Below, piece after piece: positions 52,835 to 64,000 of a stretch of 64,000 bases of DNA. The stretch covers positions 40,682,754 to 40,746,753 of the forward strand of contig NC_068998.1 in NCBI RefSeq assembly GCF_001194135.2. The letters are read 5' to 3'. Source of the DNA: Octopus bimaculoides. Its lineage: Eukaryota. A model generated the notes under the pieces. That model had not been told where the DNA came from, made no database searches, and saw nothing but the letters and a program-made list of their open reading frames with translations. How positions within the stretch are numbered: the first letter of the stretch is position 1; the number at the start of each line of letters is the position of its first letter. Made by a program: the position numbers and the translations under genes.

Positions 52835-53287
52835 GTGAGTGAGTTTTTTAATTTAGGTTTTTGATATATGAAACTCTGTTATCAAATGCCAATCTGATAC
52901 TGTTCATGTGCTCAAATATATCAGACAATTGTACAGACTGCATTTTCTTGATAAATGAATAGGTGTTTGTGATTTTGGAAGAGAACACTCTTGCTTTTCT
53001 TTTATAGGAAATTTTTGAGAGAGAAAAGCTTCCGTTATATTTGAACACATGAAATAAGAATATTCTTTTTGGTTGCAGGATCTTTACTGTTTTGATTTTG
53101 TTCAGTGTTGTGCTAGAAGTGAGTTGAATCTAATGACCTAGCCACCTCTGGTTCTTCAACCTTAGGGACCAACCTATGTTGTTATTCTAACCTGGTGACA
53201 AGATAATGATATTCATTGACTTTGTTGAACAAATCATTTGTTAATCTTGCAATCTCAGTCAACAGGAACGTTTTTTTATAATGATAA

Positions 53288-53324
<37 letters not shown>

Positions 53325-53572
53325 TATACTTATTAATGAGGGAGTGCTGAAAAGTTCCTGGCTTTAAGGGTATCTTGAAAGGCTTAGTTGGAGGCCCAAC
53401 CTTCTGAGTTCTTTTGCAGGGCTTAGAAAAATTGAAGAACTGCATTAAGTATGTGAATCTAAGAGGGGAATATGTTGCATAAAATCATAAGTAACTGATC
53501 CTCCTGTATTTTCTTTTGCTAAATGCCAGAAACTTTTCTGCACCCCCTCGTACATACATACATTTATATATA

Positions 53573-53617
<45 letters not shown>

Positions 53618-54252
53618 ATACATGTATATTGTATATACATACACATGCATTATGTATAGGTATTGGTGTATATGCATTTGTGCATGTTTGTGCTTTGGAA
53701 TCCTGTATGCATTTGCCATACAAAACAAAACAAAAAGAAAACGTCTGGCCATTCACCAGTTTATAGTGTGAAAATCCAAGAAAGTAAATGTGTTACTTGG
53801 AAACAAGTAAATGCTAGTGATGGGAAGGTTGTCTGGTTGTGGAGTACTACTTTTACTATGTCTCAGTTAATCCATGCAACCATGGAAAAAAGCAGATGTT
53901 AGAATAATGATGTTGATTTATTAATGTGTGTGTGTCCATATATATATATATATATGAATATATATATATATGTGAATAATAAAGCGATTATTTATAAAGA
54001 TATTACTATCTGCAGTAAATATAAATCAATAACAACAATAATATAGGTGGCTGTAGGCATTAAATAGCTTTAGATAGCCATACCTGTAAAATTTATATTT
54101 ATCATAAGGGCACATGAAGCGCCTATCTGCTAGAAAGTGGAGTTATGGATTTTAACTCCACTTTCTAGCAGGTAGGTGTTTTGTGTGCTGTTATGATGTT
54201 TGTGTGTGTATTGTATGTATATATACAATGTAATATTTTTTACTTATTTCAG

Positions 54253-54374
54253 GGTCAGTTTGTCAATGAATATGTTGGAGACCTAATTGATGAAGAAGAA
54301 TGCAAAAAGAGAATATGGAAAGCACATGAAGATAATATTTCTAACTTTTACATGTTAACACTTGACAAAAATAG
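54253..54374 (+). CDS. NSD2: NSD coding exon 13: SET domain (NEYVG motif)
   Basis: tatttcag|; [17 protein letters not shown]...[11 protein letters not shown]; donor AG|gtaact; phase 0-2. Residues equivalent to NSD2 Y1092 (54271) and E1099 (54292) are conserved. Confidence 0.97.
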
Positions 54375-54400
54375 GTAACTAATTTTTGTAGCAGTCTTAA

Positions 54401-54540
54401 CTGGTGACTTGCCTTGGCCCAAGCTTCATTGGCAGTCTGTCTTTGATCTAGCTCTGTTGGTAACCTGTCTCTTATCAAGCTTTATTGGTAACCTGTCTCT
54501 TATCAAGCCTTATTGGTAACCTGTTTCTGTATCGAAGGGT
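54401..54540. repeat. 28-bp tandem repeat, 3 good and 2 degenerate units (TTGGTAACCTGTCTCTTATCAAGCTTTA)
   Basis: Units start at 54401, 54429, 54457, 54485 and 54513. Confidence 0.85.
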
Positions 54541-54770
54541 TCTTGCTTCATTGGGGTGGTGTTTCTTTTACTATTAGCCTGCCTTATACCGTCTAACTTA
54601 TCTAGCTTAACTGGTACTTTCCTTCTAGCTGATGTAGCTTCATTAGTAGCCGTCTCCTGGTAGTCTGTTTTAATTGATTGCCTGTTACTGTGGCCAGTAG
54701 GAGAATTATCAGTTGTCATTGAAAAGCAAAGAAGAGGATATTTCAGACTTCACTCTTTGTGTGGGACTGA

Positions 54771-54773
<3 letters not shown>

Positions 54774-54850
<77 letters not shown>
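54774..54850. repeat. (GA)n-(GACA)n compound microsatellite
   Basis: Direct reading. Confidence 0.98.
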
Positions 54851-54855
<5 letters not shown>

Positions 54856-55486
54856 TGTGGTATTGTTACTTTGTTGTAAGAAAGAGGAGTGGTGTGAGGT
54901 GATTGAGAGGAAGAGAAAGAGTTGGGAACAAGGAGAGAAAAGAATTGATGTGAGTGAGTGAAGGAATAGACTGAGGAGGGGGGAAGATGGATAGAATTTC
55001 AGAGTGTGAATAGACGTGGTGGTGGGGACCTAAGAGTTAGATGGGGGAGGATAGAGTGAATTAATGTCTTGGTTAAAAGAAAAGGTGAAGAGTTGGAAAA
55101 CAGTGAAGAAAGTTGAAAATAAAACAGTAGACTTCAGTTTAGTTGATTAGTTTATAATTAGTTGTAGTAGTCTGTCTCTGGTCTAACATATCTGATGAAT
55201 CTTTCATGAAGACAGCAAAGATAGGTTCAATTCTGCCAATGAGCATCACCTTTTGGTGGTAAGTCAACGAGCGTCTATGTGGTTGCCCGATCTGCTAGAA
55301 AAAACAGGTGAAAATTGGTGAAAGGAAGGGCATCTTGCTGTAGAAAATCTGCTTCAGTAAACTTCATCCACCCACTGGAAGCATGGAAAAGTGGATGTTG
55401 AAATGATGATGACAATGATGATATTGGAATTTTGGACTTGAAAACAATTTAAAGTGACAATAAATTATCATGTGTGTTTCTTTCAG

Positions 55487-55623
55487 AATAATTGATGCTG
55501 GACCAAAAGGAAACTTATCTCGTTTTATGAATCATAGCTGTCAACCAAATTGTGAAACCCAGAAGTGGATGGTTAATGGTGATGTCAGAGTTGGTTTGTT
55601 TTCCCTACATGATATCCCAGCTA
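55487..55623 (+). CDS. NSD2: NSD coding exon 14: SET domain (RFMNHSC motif)
   Basis: ttctttcag|; [38 protein letters not shown]; donor A|gtaagt; phase 2-1. Confidence 0.97.
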
Positions 55624-55741
55624 GTAAGTAATGTTCTACTCTTTAAAAATTTCAACTCTCCAACCAGCTCTGTCTCTTGCTTCCTGATACCTTTTGTCTC
55701 ATCCTTCTAGCTTTTCCCTCTTCTCTTCTATCCACTCCTTC

Positions 55742-55784
<43 letters not shown>

Positions 55785-55894
55785 CTCTCTTCTCTTTTCC
55801 CCTCTTTTCTCTTTCCCCCTCTTTTTTCTTTTCTCTCTTCCTCTTCTCTTTCCTCTCCTTTCTTTTCCTCTTGTTTTTTGTCTTCTCTCTTCCT

Positions 55895-56131
55895 TTTTCT
55901 TATTTCTTTACTGCCCACCAGGGGTTTCACACGGAGGGGACAAACAAGGACAGACAAACGGATTAAGTCGATTATATCGACCCCAGTACGTAACTGGTAC
56001 TTATTTAATCGACTCCAAAAGGATGAAAGGCAGAGTCGACCTCGGCAGAATTTGAACTCAGAACGTAGCAGCAGATGAAATACTGCTAAACATTTCGCCC
56101 GGCGTGCTAACGATTCTGCCAGCTTCCCGCC
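55895..56131 (-). mobile_element. SINE family A, young CpG-rich copy between SET exons 14 and 15
   Basis: Reverse complement of the 35577 copy with the same head and tail. Confidence 0.88.
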
Positions 56132-56253
56132 TTTTTCTGTCTTGTCTTCTCCTCTTTCTGTCTATTTTGCTCTTTGATTTGTCCTTTACCATATATCTTC
56201 AATTGCTTTTCTGATCATAATTAATTGATTAATTAACTTTCTATCCTATCCAG

Positions 56254-56360
56254 ATTCAGAGCTGACATTTAATTACAACTTGGATTGTCTCGGTAATGAG
56301 AAGAAGATCTGTGCCTGTGGTGCCCCAAATTGCAGTGGCTTTCTGGGTGTCCGTCCTAAG
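56254..56360 (+). CDS. NSD2: NSD coding exon 15: end of SET and post-SET
   Basis: cctatccag|; [35 protein letters not shown]; donor AAG|gttgat (weak); phase 1-0. Confidence 0.95.
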
Positions 56361-57164
56361 GTTGATAACATTTTTATACTTTGTTTGTCAATTTCCTTGG
56401 TTTACTTTGGGTGAAATGCGATGTGGTGGCAGTAATCCATTAAATAGCCTCTCACGTGTTGTTGTTGTTGTTTAGTCTAATCATAGGTTACTTATAATTA
56501 AGCAGACCTATGAATGGTATCCAAGCTGTGGTTGTGCCATATCTTTTTCAAACATAATGTATCCTTTCATTTCTAATATGATTCAATGGGTAGAGCATTG
56601 AGCTTAACATCAGGAGGTAGTGAATTCAATTCCTGGATCAGGCTGTGTGTTGTGTTCTTGAGCGAGACACTTTATTCCATGTTGCTCCATGTTCACTCAG
56701 CTGTTGGATAACATCGGTGGTGTGGAGAGGGGAGGCTGATATGCATGGGTGAATGCTGGTTATCCATAGACAACCTTGTCCAGACTTGTACCTCAGAGAG
56801 GAACTTTCTAGGTGCAATTCCATGGTCAGGAATGACCGAAGAGGATCTTTATCCTGTGCTTGACGATTTGTGGGAGATTCAGCTCTTGTTTTCAGCAGAT
56901 TCAGTGATCACTTAGAGAAGTTGTGGTTAAACTGCAGCCTATGTTACGTTCTGTATGGCACACCTATTAAAAATTGTCTTGAGTTTTTTGTTTTTTTTGT
57001 AGTAGTGCAGCCCACTTGATAATGAGCCATGTCTCAGATGGCCCACTTGATAAAGGTTGCCCATGCCTGACTTAAGAGTTTCCCCAACTGGCTAATTTCA
57101 GTTATAAAATATTCATCATTTGTTGAATCGGTGGGTATTTTCCTGAACTGGAATTTGCTTAATG

Positions 57165-57272
<108 letters not shown>

Positions 57273-58624
57273 GTGTAGTGTATATTCTTGGGAGGCGTTT
57301 TAGAATAGCTAAAACCTCATAACTCACAGGAGGTGGAAACACAGGCAGTAGTGTAGAAAATAGTGAGATTTTTGAAAAATTAAAATTATTTCTTGGGATC
57401 GTAATTTCCATTGTAAAAAACAGGGAAATACTAAATAAATGAAGAGGTGGGAAAAACTACCTTTTCTTTATTCATGACATATGGTACTTTAACCATTTTG
57501 ACTGTGTAATTAAATTTCATGGTCGTTCCCAATGTTTATTATCAACCAAACAAAGAAGAAAATAGAATTGGTGTTTTCTGCATCTGCAATACTTTCCCAA
57601 TATCTCCTGTAGGAGATATAGTTTTCAGATCCACCACCGAAATTATTTGATTTTTGTTCTGTAGAGAAATATTTGATGAAAATTTGAAAAAATTGTCTTT
57701 TGTAAAATGTGTTACTGGGATGACTCTGCTTCTCACAGCATAAGAGAGATTCTTTCAAAGCCATGGGATAAAACTACCTTCCACAGTTAACAGTAAGAAA
57801 ATGTTGAGCGGATATATCCATGTGCTGCATTGAAAGGGTGAAAGGAACAGTTACCATCATCATCTAATGTCTGGATTGTATGAGTTGACCAGAGCTGGCA
57901 AGCCGGAGAGCTGCACCAAATTCCAGTTTGATTTGACTTGGTTTCTATGGCTGGGCTGGATGCCCTTCCTTATGCCACCCACTTTACATAGTGTGCTGGG
58001 TGCTTTTTACATAGCAATTGGCATGGGCGTTTTTGTGGCACTGGCATAGATGATATTTTTTAGTTTTGTTGTGGGTGATGAGCTGATGAAAGGGTTAATA
58101 AGAGGCCTGACTCCCTTTTTATTTTTTAGTTCAATTTTTGCTTTATATTTTTCTAGTTATTTTATATTTTTATCTTTTTGTATTTGGTTTTTAATTAAAC
58201 ATTTAAAAATAGAGAATTCAGATTTTAATTTTAAATTATGTAAACAGTTTGAGGACCAAATGGTGTGTTGTGTCCTTGTGCATTTCACATTGCTCCTCTG
58301 TATCCAATTGAAACGAGTATCTAATCTAAAAGTGCTGGTGCAGTCTTCTCTTCCTCCTGCTGTCACATTATTGATTTTCTTCTGGGTTGAGAAGGTATCT
58401 ATGACTTCTTGTGACAACATAGGAATCAATAATAATTAGTGAAAAGTGCTTGCAACAAAGTGTCATTACTTATGAGTGACAATTGTAGTTGTTTTTTAGA
58501 TGGTAGGATATGATTTGAGGAAGATTTAGTTGCTGGGAAAAAGGACAGAAGGGATTTAGAATGTTTTTAGACTTGGCAGTATTGTTGTCAACTGATGAAT
58601 GACATTACTTCTTCCTATTTTCAG

Positions 58625-58823
58625 TCAGTCATAAATCAAGCCGATAAAAAGGCAAAAGATATGAAGAAGAAAAAGAAACGTAAAAAAGGCCGACCTGACT
58701 TGAAGAAACATGAAGACGAGTGCTTCCGATGTGGAGAGGGTGGTGAACTAGTCATGTGTGACAAATCACAGTGCCCTAAAGTCTACCATCTGCAGTGCTT
58801 GAGCTTGACTAAGCCACCCCATG
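58625..58823 (+). CDS. NSD2: NSD coding exon 16: basic linker and PHD5
   Basis: ctattttcag|; [10 protein letters not shown]...[31 protein letters not shown]; donor G|gtgagt; phase 0-1. Confidence 0.96.
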
Positions 58824-60599
58824 GTGAGTAGGGTTTTTTTTTTTTTAATATATGTTTTAAAGAGGAAGGGACAGTGCTCATGCTGTTTCAAAACCTTCCA
58901 AGATGAGTAAAATCAGGAAATTGTATTATTTTATTATTTTTGACTGTGGCTGTGTTTGGGCTCCACCTTCAGGGTCTCTTAGTTACTGTATTCTTTGACA
59001 TATAAGTTGAAGTTTGTATAGATTGTAAGATGTTCATTCAAACATCATCCACTATCTTTCCAAATTTTACTGCATTTGACATGGAACTTTTAGTCCTCCA
59101 GATTTGTCTCGGTGTATAAGTCAACCCACCTTGTTTGGCTGGAAAATTCCATGTGTATGCTAGAAAATATGGTATATTGATGCCAGTTGTCAGTTGCTGG
59201 ATTAACCCTTTTCTTAATGAACTCCTGTTAAAATACAATGCCTTTGTTTTAATTAATTTTGGTAATAATAAAGAATTTAGTAAAATAACTTAATTGTTAT
59301 TTAACTGGAGTTTGGAACATAAATCAATATGAAATTTTTATGGACGGTTTTAATTTAGTTCACTTTAAAATGGGAAGTTTGTATCATAGATCTGTGGGAG
59401 GTTTTGAGCAATTTGGTGTCAAAAGAGTTAAGTATCAAGATGTTAAACTTTTTGACATCTCTCTCTCACAATCAGAACTCCCACACAAACCTGTTAAAAA
59501 CCTCTAGTCCTGTTTCTATTACAGAGATGCATAATACTTTTTCACCCAAACCCATCGCCTCATACACCCTGGTCGAAGATGTGGTTCCTGACCTTGCTAG
59601 GAAGCAATAGCATTAAGAACTGATTCAGTTCTTACTGTCTGTGACAATCTCTCTAACCCATACCATCATAAAAAGTTGATGTGAAACAATAGTGATGTGG
59701 ATATATTACTGACAGAGAGAGAGGAATAGGGGCAAAACTTATGAGCTTTGTGTGTGCCATCTGAAACTGATGAGATTGATATGGATGATGTACATCTTGA
59801 ATATCAGTGAGTGTGTGTGTGATGGTGGATTTGGGGAAGTGGTGTGTAACCAGTTTAGTAGTAGCAATAGCATATACAGACTGAACAGAGCACACCATTG
59901 TGGAGTTGAGGTTGTAACCCTTTCATTTTCATATTTCTGACCAAATATGCCGTCTTCAGTTACTTTTGAAAATAACAAAATATTTCATACATTACCTTAG
60001 TTGTTTTTATTAATCGTTTTGATAACAACCTGTCCGAGATCACTCTTGGTTCTGTGATACAAACTCCCTGTTTCAGAGAAATCTAAATATCTTTCATCAG
60101 AATTTCATGTTATGTTCCAAATGTCAGTTTCTGAAAAAATGGCAAAGTTGTTTTACTAAATTCTTCATTATTTTCAAAATTAATTGAAACAAAGGCAGTG
60201 TATTGACACAGAAATGTGGTAATGAAAGGGTGAAGCTGGTATTTGGAACATGAATTTAACATTTAAAGTGGGAATTTTGTGTTGTAGAACAAAGAATGGT
60301 CTCAGATGGATTGGTATCAGAAAGGTAAAACCGTTACATACTAATTTGCTTGCGTGAAAGTTTTTGTTAGTTATTTCAATGGTTTTGTTGGTTGCATTCC
60401 AGTATTGTGTGTGTGTGTGTGTTTGTGGCGGTGGGAGCACTGTCTCTGATGTGGAAGCAGGACTCCATTGTGAAACTCAGTTCATCTTTGTCGAAAATTA
60501 GTAGCTAATCAGTATCTCCTGTTCGTAAACGCTATCACTCTTTAGGTTGCAGTTTTGGATCTATCTATCCTGTGAAGTGACTTGACTGAACCAATGCAA

Positions 60600-61000
60600 C
60601 CCTTCCCATGCCAGATGTCCTGATATTCCATAGCAGTCTTCATATCTTCAACCTGATATCTAATATCTTCCACAAGTTGATCGATATTTATGCTCTTCTT
60701 GGTCTGACAATACATTATTTATGTCTATGTATGGTTTTTCAGAAAAGGAGGTTGCTAGATATTTCGTCCTTACTCCTCTGGCAGTACCATGAATAATGTG
60801 TTCTTCTTTCTCTGATTACTGAGGTAATGGTAGGAAGACAGCCTTACAGTTGCTGCTCTGTGGGCTGTTCCCCACCAAGTAAAACTGAAAACTGTACAAA
60901 ATAGCTTCAACATTGTAAAATGATTAGCGAGAGGAAGGCATTCAACCATATGAACTATGCTAAATAACATATTGTTATGTCTCAACCTACCACTTTCTAG
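60600..61000 (-). mobile_element. Old RTE-like LINE RT C-terminal remnant (different family)
   Basis: Minus strand gives CQRSKDEISSNLL...RPRR...IDQLVEDIRYQVEDMKTAMEYQDIW, resembling RTE C-termini; many stops. Confidence 0.5.
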
Positions 61001-63359
61001 CACCTTCGGATGATCTCTACTCAACTGCTCCTCGTCAGCTACTCAACAGTCACTCGACTCCTCCTACCACGGCCAAACTACCTTTATTTATATGTCTTGG
61101 GCGATCCTAATTCTTCGCTTGGGGGCATCGACACAACACATATCATAGACAATAACAAAAAGGAGGGTAGTGTTTTCTGTTTGTGTGTGTGGTTAGGTGT
61201 GATTTTTATAATGATTAATAATTGTGTCTGCATTAAATTTTTGAAGGAACTTGGCAGATCTTCTACCAAGACACTCATAATGTTCTGTTAGGCTTTTGAA
61301 AAACCTTCAGCTCAAACTTTTCAGTGGTATGCTTTGGTTGGTGTGGAGCTAGAGTAGAAGACATTTGCTCAGGGTGCTGTGAAGTGGGACTGAATCTAAA
61401 TACATGTGGTTGGGAGTGTACGCTTCTTAATCACACAAATATACTAAAACTTGTAAAGTTGTAAATAATAATACTGTATTTTCTGGCATACACGCTGATG
61501 ACATAGAGTTTAGTGTAAGCATTCAAACTTTGTCACTATCTTCTCAAATACTGCTGCATATCACATGGAATTTTTGGTCTTCTAAAGTTGTTTTGGTGTT
61601 TAAGTTGACCTAACTTTGTTTGGCTGTAAATTTTGGTGTAAAAAATTCGATGCATGTCAAAAAAATATGGTAGTTAAATATATTTGATACAGTAAGGCGG
61701 TGAGCTGGCAGAATTATTAGTATGTCTGGTGAAATGCTTAGAAGCATTTTGTCAATTTTTATGCTCTGAGTTCAAATTCTGCCAGGGTCAACTTTGCTTT
61801 TCATCGTTTAGAGGTCAATAAAATAAGTACCAGTTGAACATTGGGGTCGATGTAATCAACTTACCCCTCCCCTATAACTGCTGGCTTTGTACCAGAGTTT
61901 GAAATCAATATATTTGGTACTCTCTCTCTCTTTTTACTCTTTTACTTGTTTCAGTCATTTGACTGCGGCCATGCTGGAGCACCGCTTTTAGTCGAGCAAA
62001 TCGGCCCCGGGACTTATTCTTTGTAAGCCTAGTACTTATTCTATTGGTCTCTTTTGCCAAACTGCTAAGTGACGGGGACATAAACGCACTAGCATCGGTT
62101 GTCAAGCAATGCTAGGGGGACNNNNNNNNNNNNNNNNNNNNNNNNNNNNNNNNNNNNNTATATACACACACACATATATATATATATATATGATGGGCTT
62201 CTTTCAGTTTTTGTCTACCAAATCCATTCACAAGGATTTGGTTGGCCCGAGGCTATAGTAAAAGACACTTGCCCAAGGTATCACGCAGTGGGACTGAACC
62301 CGGAACCATGTGGTTGGTAAGCAAGCTACTTACCACACAGCTACTCCTGTACAATGAACTAAAATTATATTGTCCTAAATAACAGAAGACCCAAGCCAAC
62401 AGCAATTTTTAAAATTGTTGTAAAGAAAACTGCTGGCAACATGCTAATTTTTTTATGCTATATAATGTTTCTCATTTTATGAAAAATTACATGCTACAAC
62501 TAATAGTGTTAGTTATTGTTGTGTATTTTTATTTCTCGTTTACTCAACCCCGTCTGCTATATTCATGTAACAAATGCTTTTAAAAAAAAAGCTTCCTAAA
62601 ATATAGAAAATTCACTATAAAATTGTCTCAAATCTCTGAGATTGGTATTATTGGGGATGTTTATTGCATTGTTAGGTTAATAAGTAAGCTACAAATTTTA
62701 GGGGAAAAACCTGCAATTAGTTAAATTGTCTAATTACTTAGTGACCAATAATTTTTTTATTGTTTTTACCCATTCCTGCAAGAAGGAAGAAGAAAGAAAT
62801 ATATAGCTACCAATTAGTTGACGAATAATGGTTTCTAATTTAGGTACCAAGTCAGCAATTTTGAAGGGTGGCAAGGTCTGTCAGTTACTTTGGTCTCAAT
62901 ACTTTATTCGTATTGCCCCAGTGATGAAAGGCAGAGTTGGCTTTAGCAGGATTTGAACTCAAAACATTAAGAGCTGAAATTAATGCTGCATGAGATTTTG
63001 TCTGACTCTCTTAACGACTGCCAGTTCACCATCTTCAGTATTTAATAATATATATAGAAATAATGGTTGATTAATCTGGTATTGTTGAAACAACAATTGG
63101 GAATTGTAGATAACAAATACAGTAGCCAGTGGGGTCAAAAAGTAAAATACCAGCTACAAATGATTAACTGTTTAACATTGAGATTACTCTGTCAAATGAA
63201 ATATTCATTTAGTCATTGTTTTGAATTTGTCACATGCATTTTCTTGTAGCTTCAAGATTTTGGTGATGTGATTGTATTCTTTTAGAATGACATTGTAGGG
63301 TAGGTGTGAAAGGCCAATTTGAACATAAAACATATTGGGGCTGGATATGCCTGGTTTAA

Positions 63360-63563
63360 CCCTTTAGCTTTCAGATTACTCTGTCAAATGTAATGCTTAT
63401 TTATTCACAGTGTTTTGAATTAATTCTGCATTATCTTGTAGCTTTAAGATTTTGATGATGTGATTGTTTGTATGGTAGGTGTGAGAGGCCAGATCTGGCC
63501 AGTTAGAACATAAAGCTGATAGAATAATTTTGGCTGGATATGGCTGGCTTAAATGCTAGAGGG
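63360..63563. mobile_element. piggyBac-like MITE family F; also 13831-14042, 20555-20769, 27744-27950, 28833-29531 (interrupted), 33163-33376, partial 25928-26090
   Basis: TTAA-CCCTTTAGC...GCTAGAGGG-TTAA: short TIRs beginning CCC, TTAA on both sides, about 205 bp non-coding body. Confidence 0.8.
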
Positions 63564-63663
63564 TTAACCTTTTTCTGATCCATTTTTGATTAAGTTTTCA
63601 GAATGATGAAGAATTTTGTGCAGCATGTAAATAACGAAACTATTTTTCTGCTTTCTTTTCCAG

Positions 63664-64000
63664 GTCGTTGGACATGTCCATGGCACCACTGTGATGTCTG
63701 CGGTAAGCAGTCTATGAAACTGTGTTCTGACTGCCCCAATTCCTTCTGCACTGCACATGCTGAAAACAACATCCACACGGTGGAGGGGCGAGATGTTTGC
63801 TATGATCACGAAGATGTCATGTTAGAACAGTCATCCAAGTTTAAAAACGGCTTGAAACAGCCTTCCAAGAACAAGGTGCTGTCCAACGGAATCGGCCCGT
63901 TGTCAGAGAAGAGGGAAATAGCTAGTGTTGACGGAACATGTAACGATACAATGAAGAGCACAAAGGCAACTGGTGCTCTTGGCGCCAAACTCGAGATACA
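63664..64000 (+). CDS. NSD2: NSD coding exon 17 (continues past window): end of PHD5, C5HCH, C-terminal tail
   Basis: ttttccag|; GRWTCPWHHCDVCGK...CSDCPNSFCTAH...DVCYDH; frame stays open to 64000. Not in the ORF track because it lacks an upstream start. Confidence 0.95.

Noticed and set aside
55623-56255. Split AAT (Asn) codon where vertebrate NSDs have Gly, convertible to GGT by double editing
   Set aside because: Needs two edits across a splice junction; ordinary substitution is simpler.

Overview
AT-rich, intron-rich animal genomic DNA with six assembly gaps. The tRNA-derived SINE families and microsatellite load suggest an octopus or other coleoid cephalopod; this is inferred and not verified by search. 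The window is occupied by one + strand gene, an NSD-family (NSD1/2/3, Mes-4) histone H3K36 methyltransferase with NSD2-like architecture: PWWP1, HMG box, PHD1-4, PWWP2, AWS, SET, post-SET, PHD5, C5HCH. I reconstructed 17 coding exons by hand (2391 to >64000, about 1,470 visible codons) with GT-AG boundaries and consistent phases. The PHD1 exon is cut by a gap and the last exon runs off the window. Introns hold decayed mariner and Tc1 transposons, a CR1-like LINE, RTE LINE 3' ends, several SINE families, a hAT MITE, two TTAA-flanked piggyBac-like MITE families, and mini/microsatellites. There is no rRNA, true tRNA, CRISPR array or prokaryotic system. The best leads are hypotheses: (1) a short catalytically dead PWWP-HMG isoform ending at an in-frame stop just past exon 2, followed by a ~3.6 kb transposon-free 3'UTR-like tract; (2) a SINE-derived intronic sequence complementary to the SET-domain Thr codon equivalent to human NSD2 T1150, where one A-to-I edit would give the known hyperactive Thr>Ala variant; (3) an expandable minisatellite inside an RTE 3'UTR, and a SINE family sharing that RTE tail.
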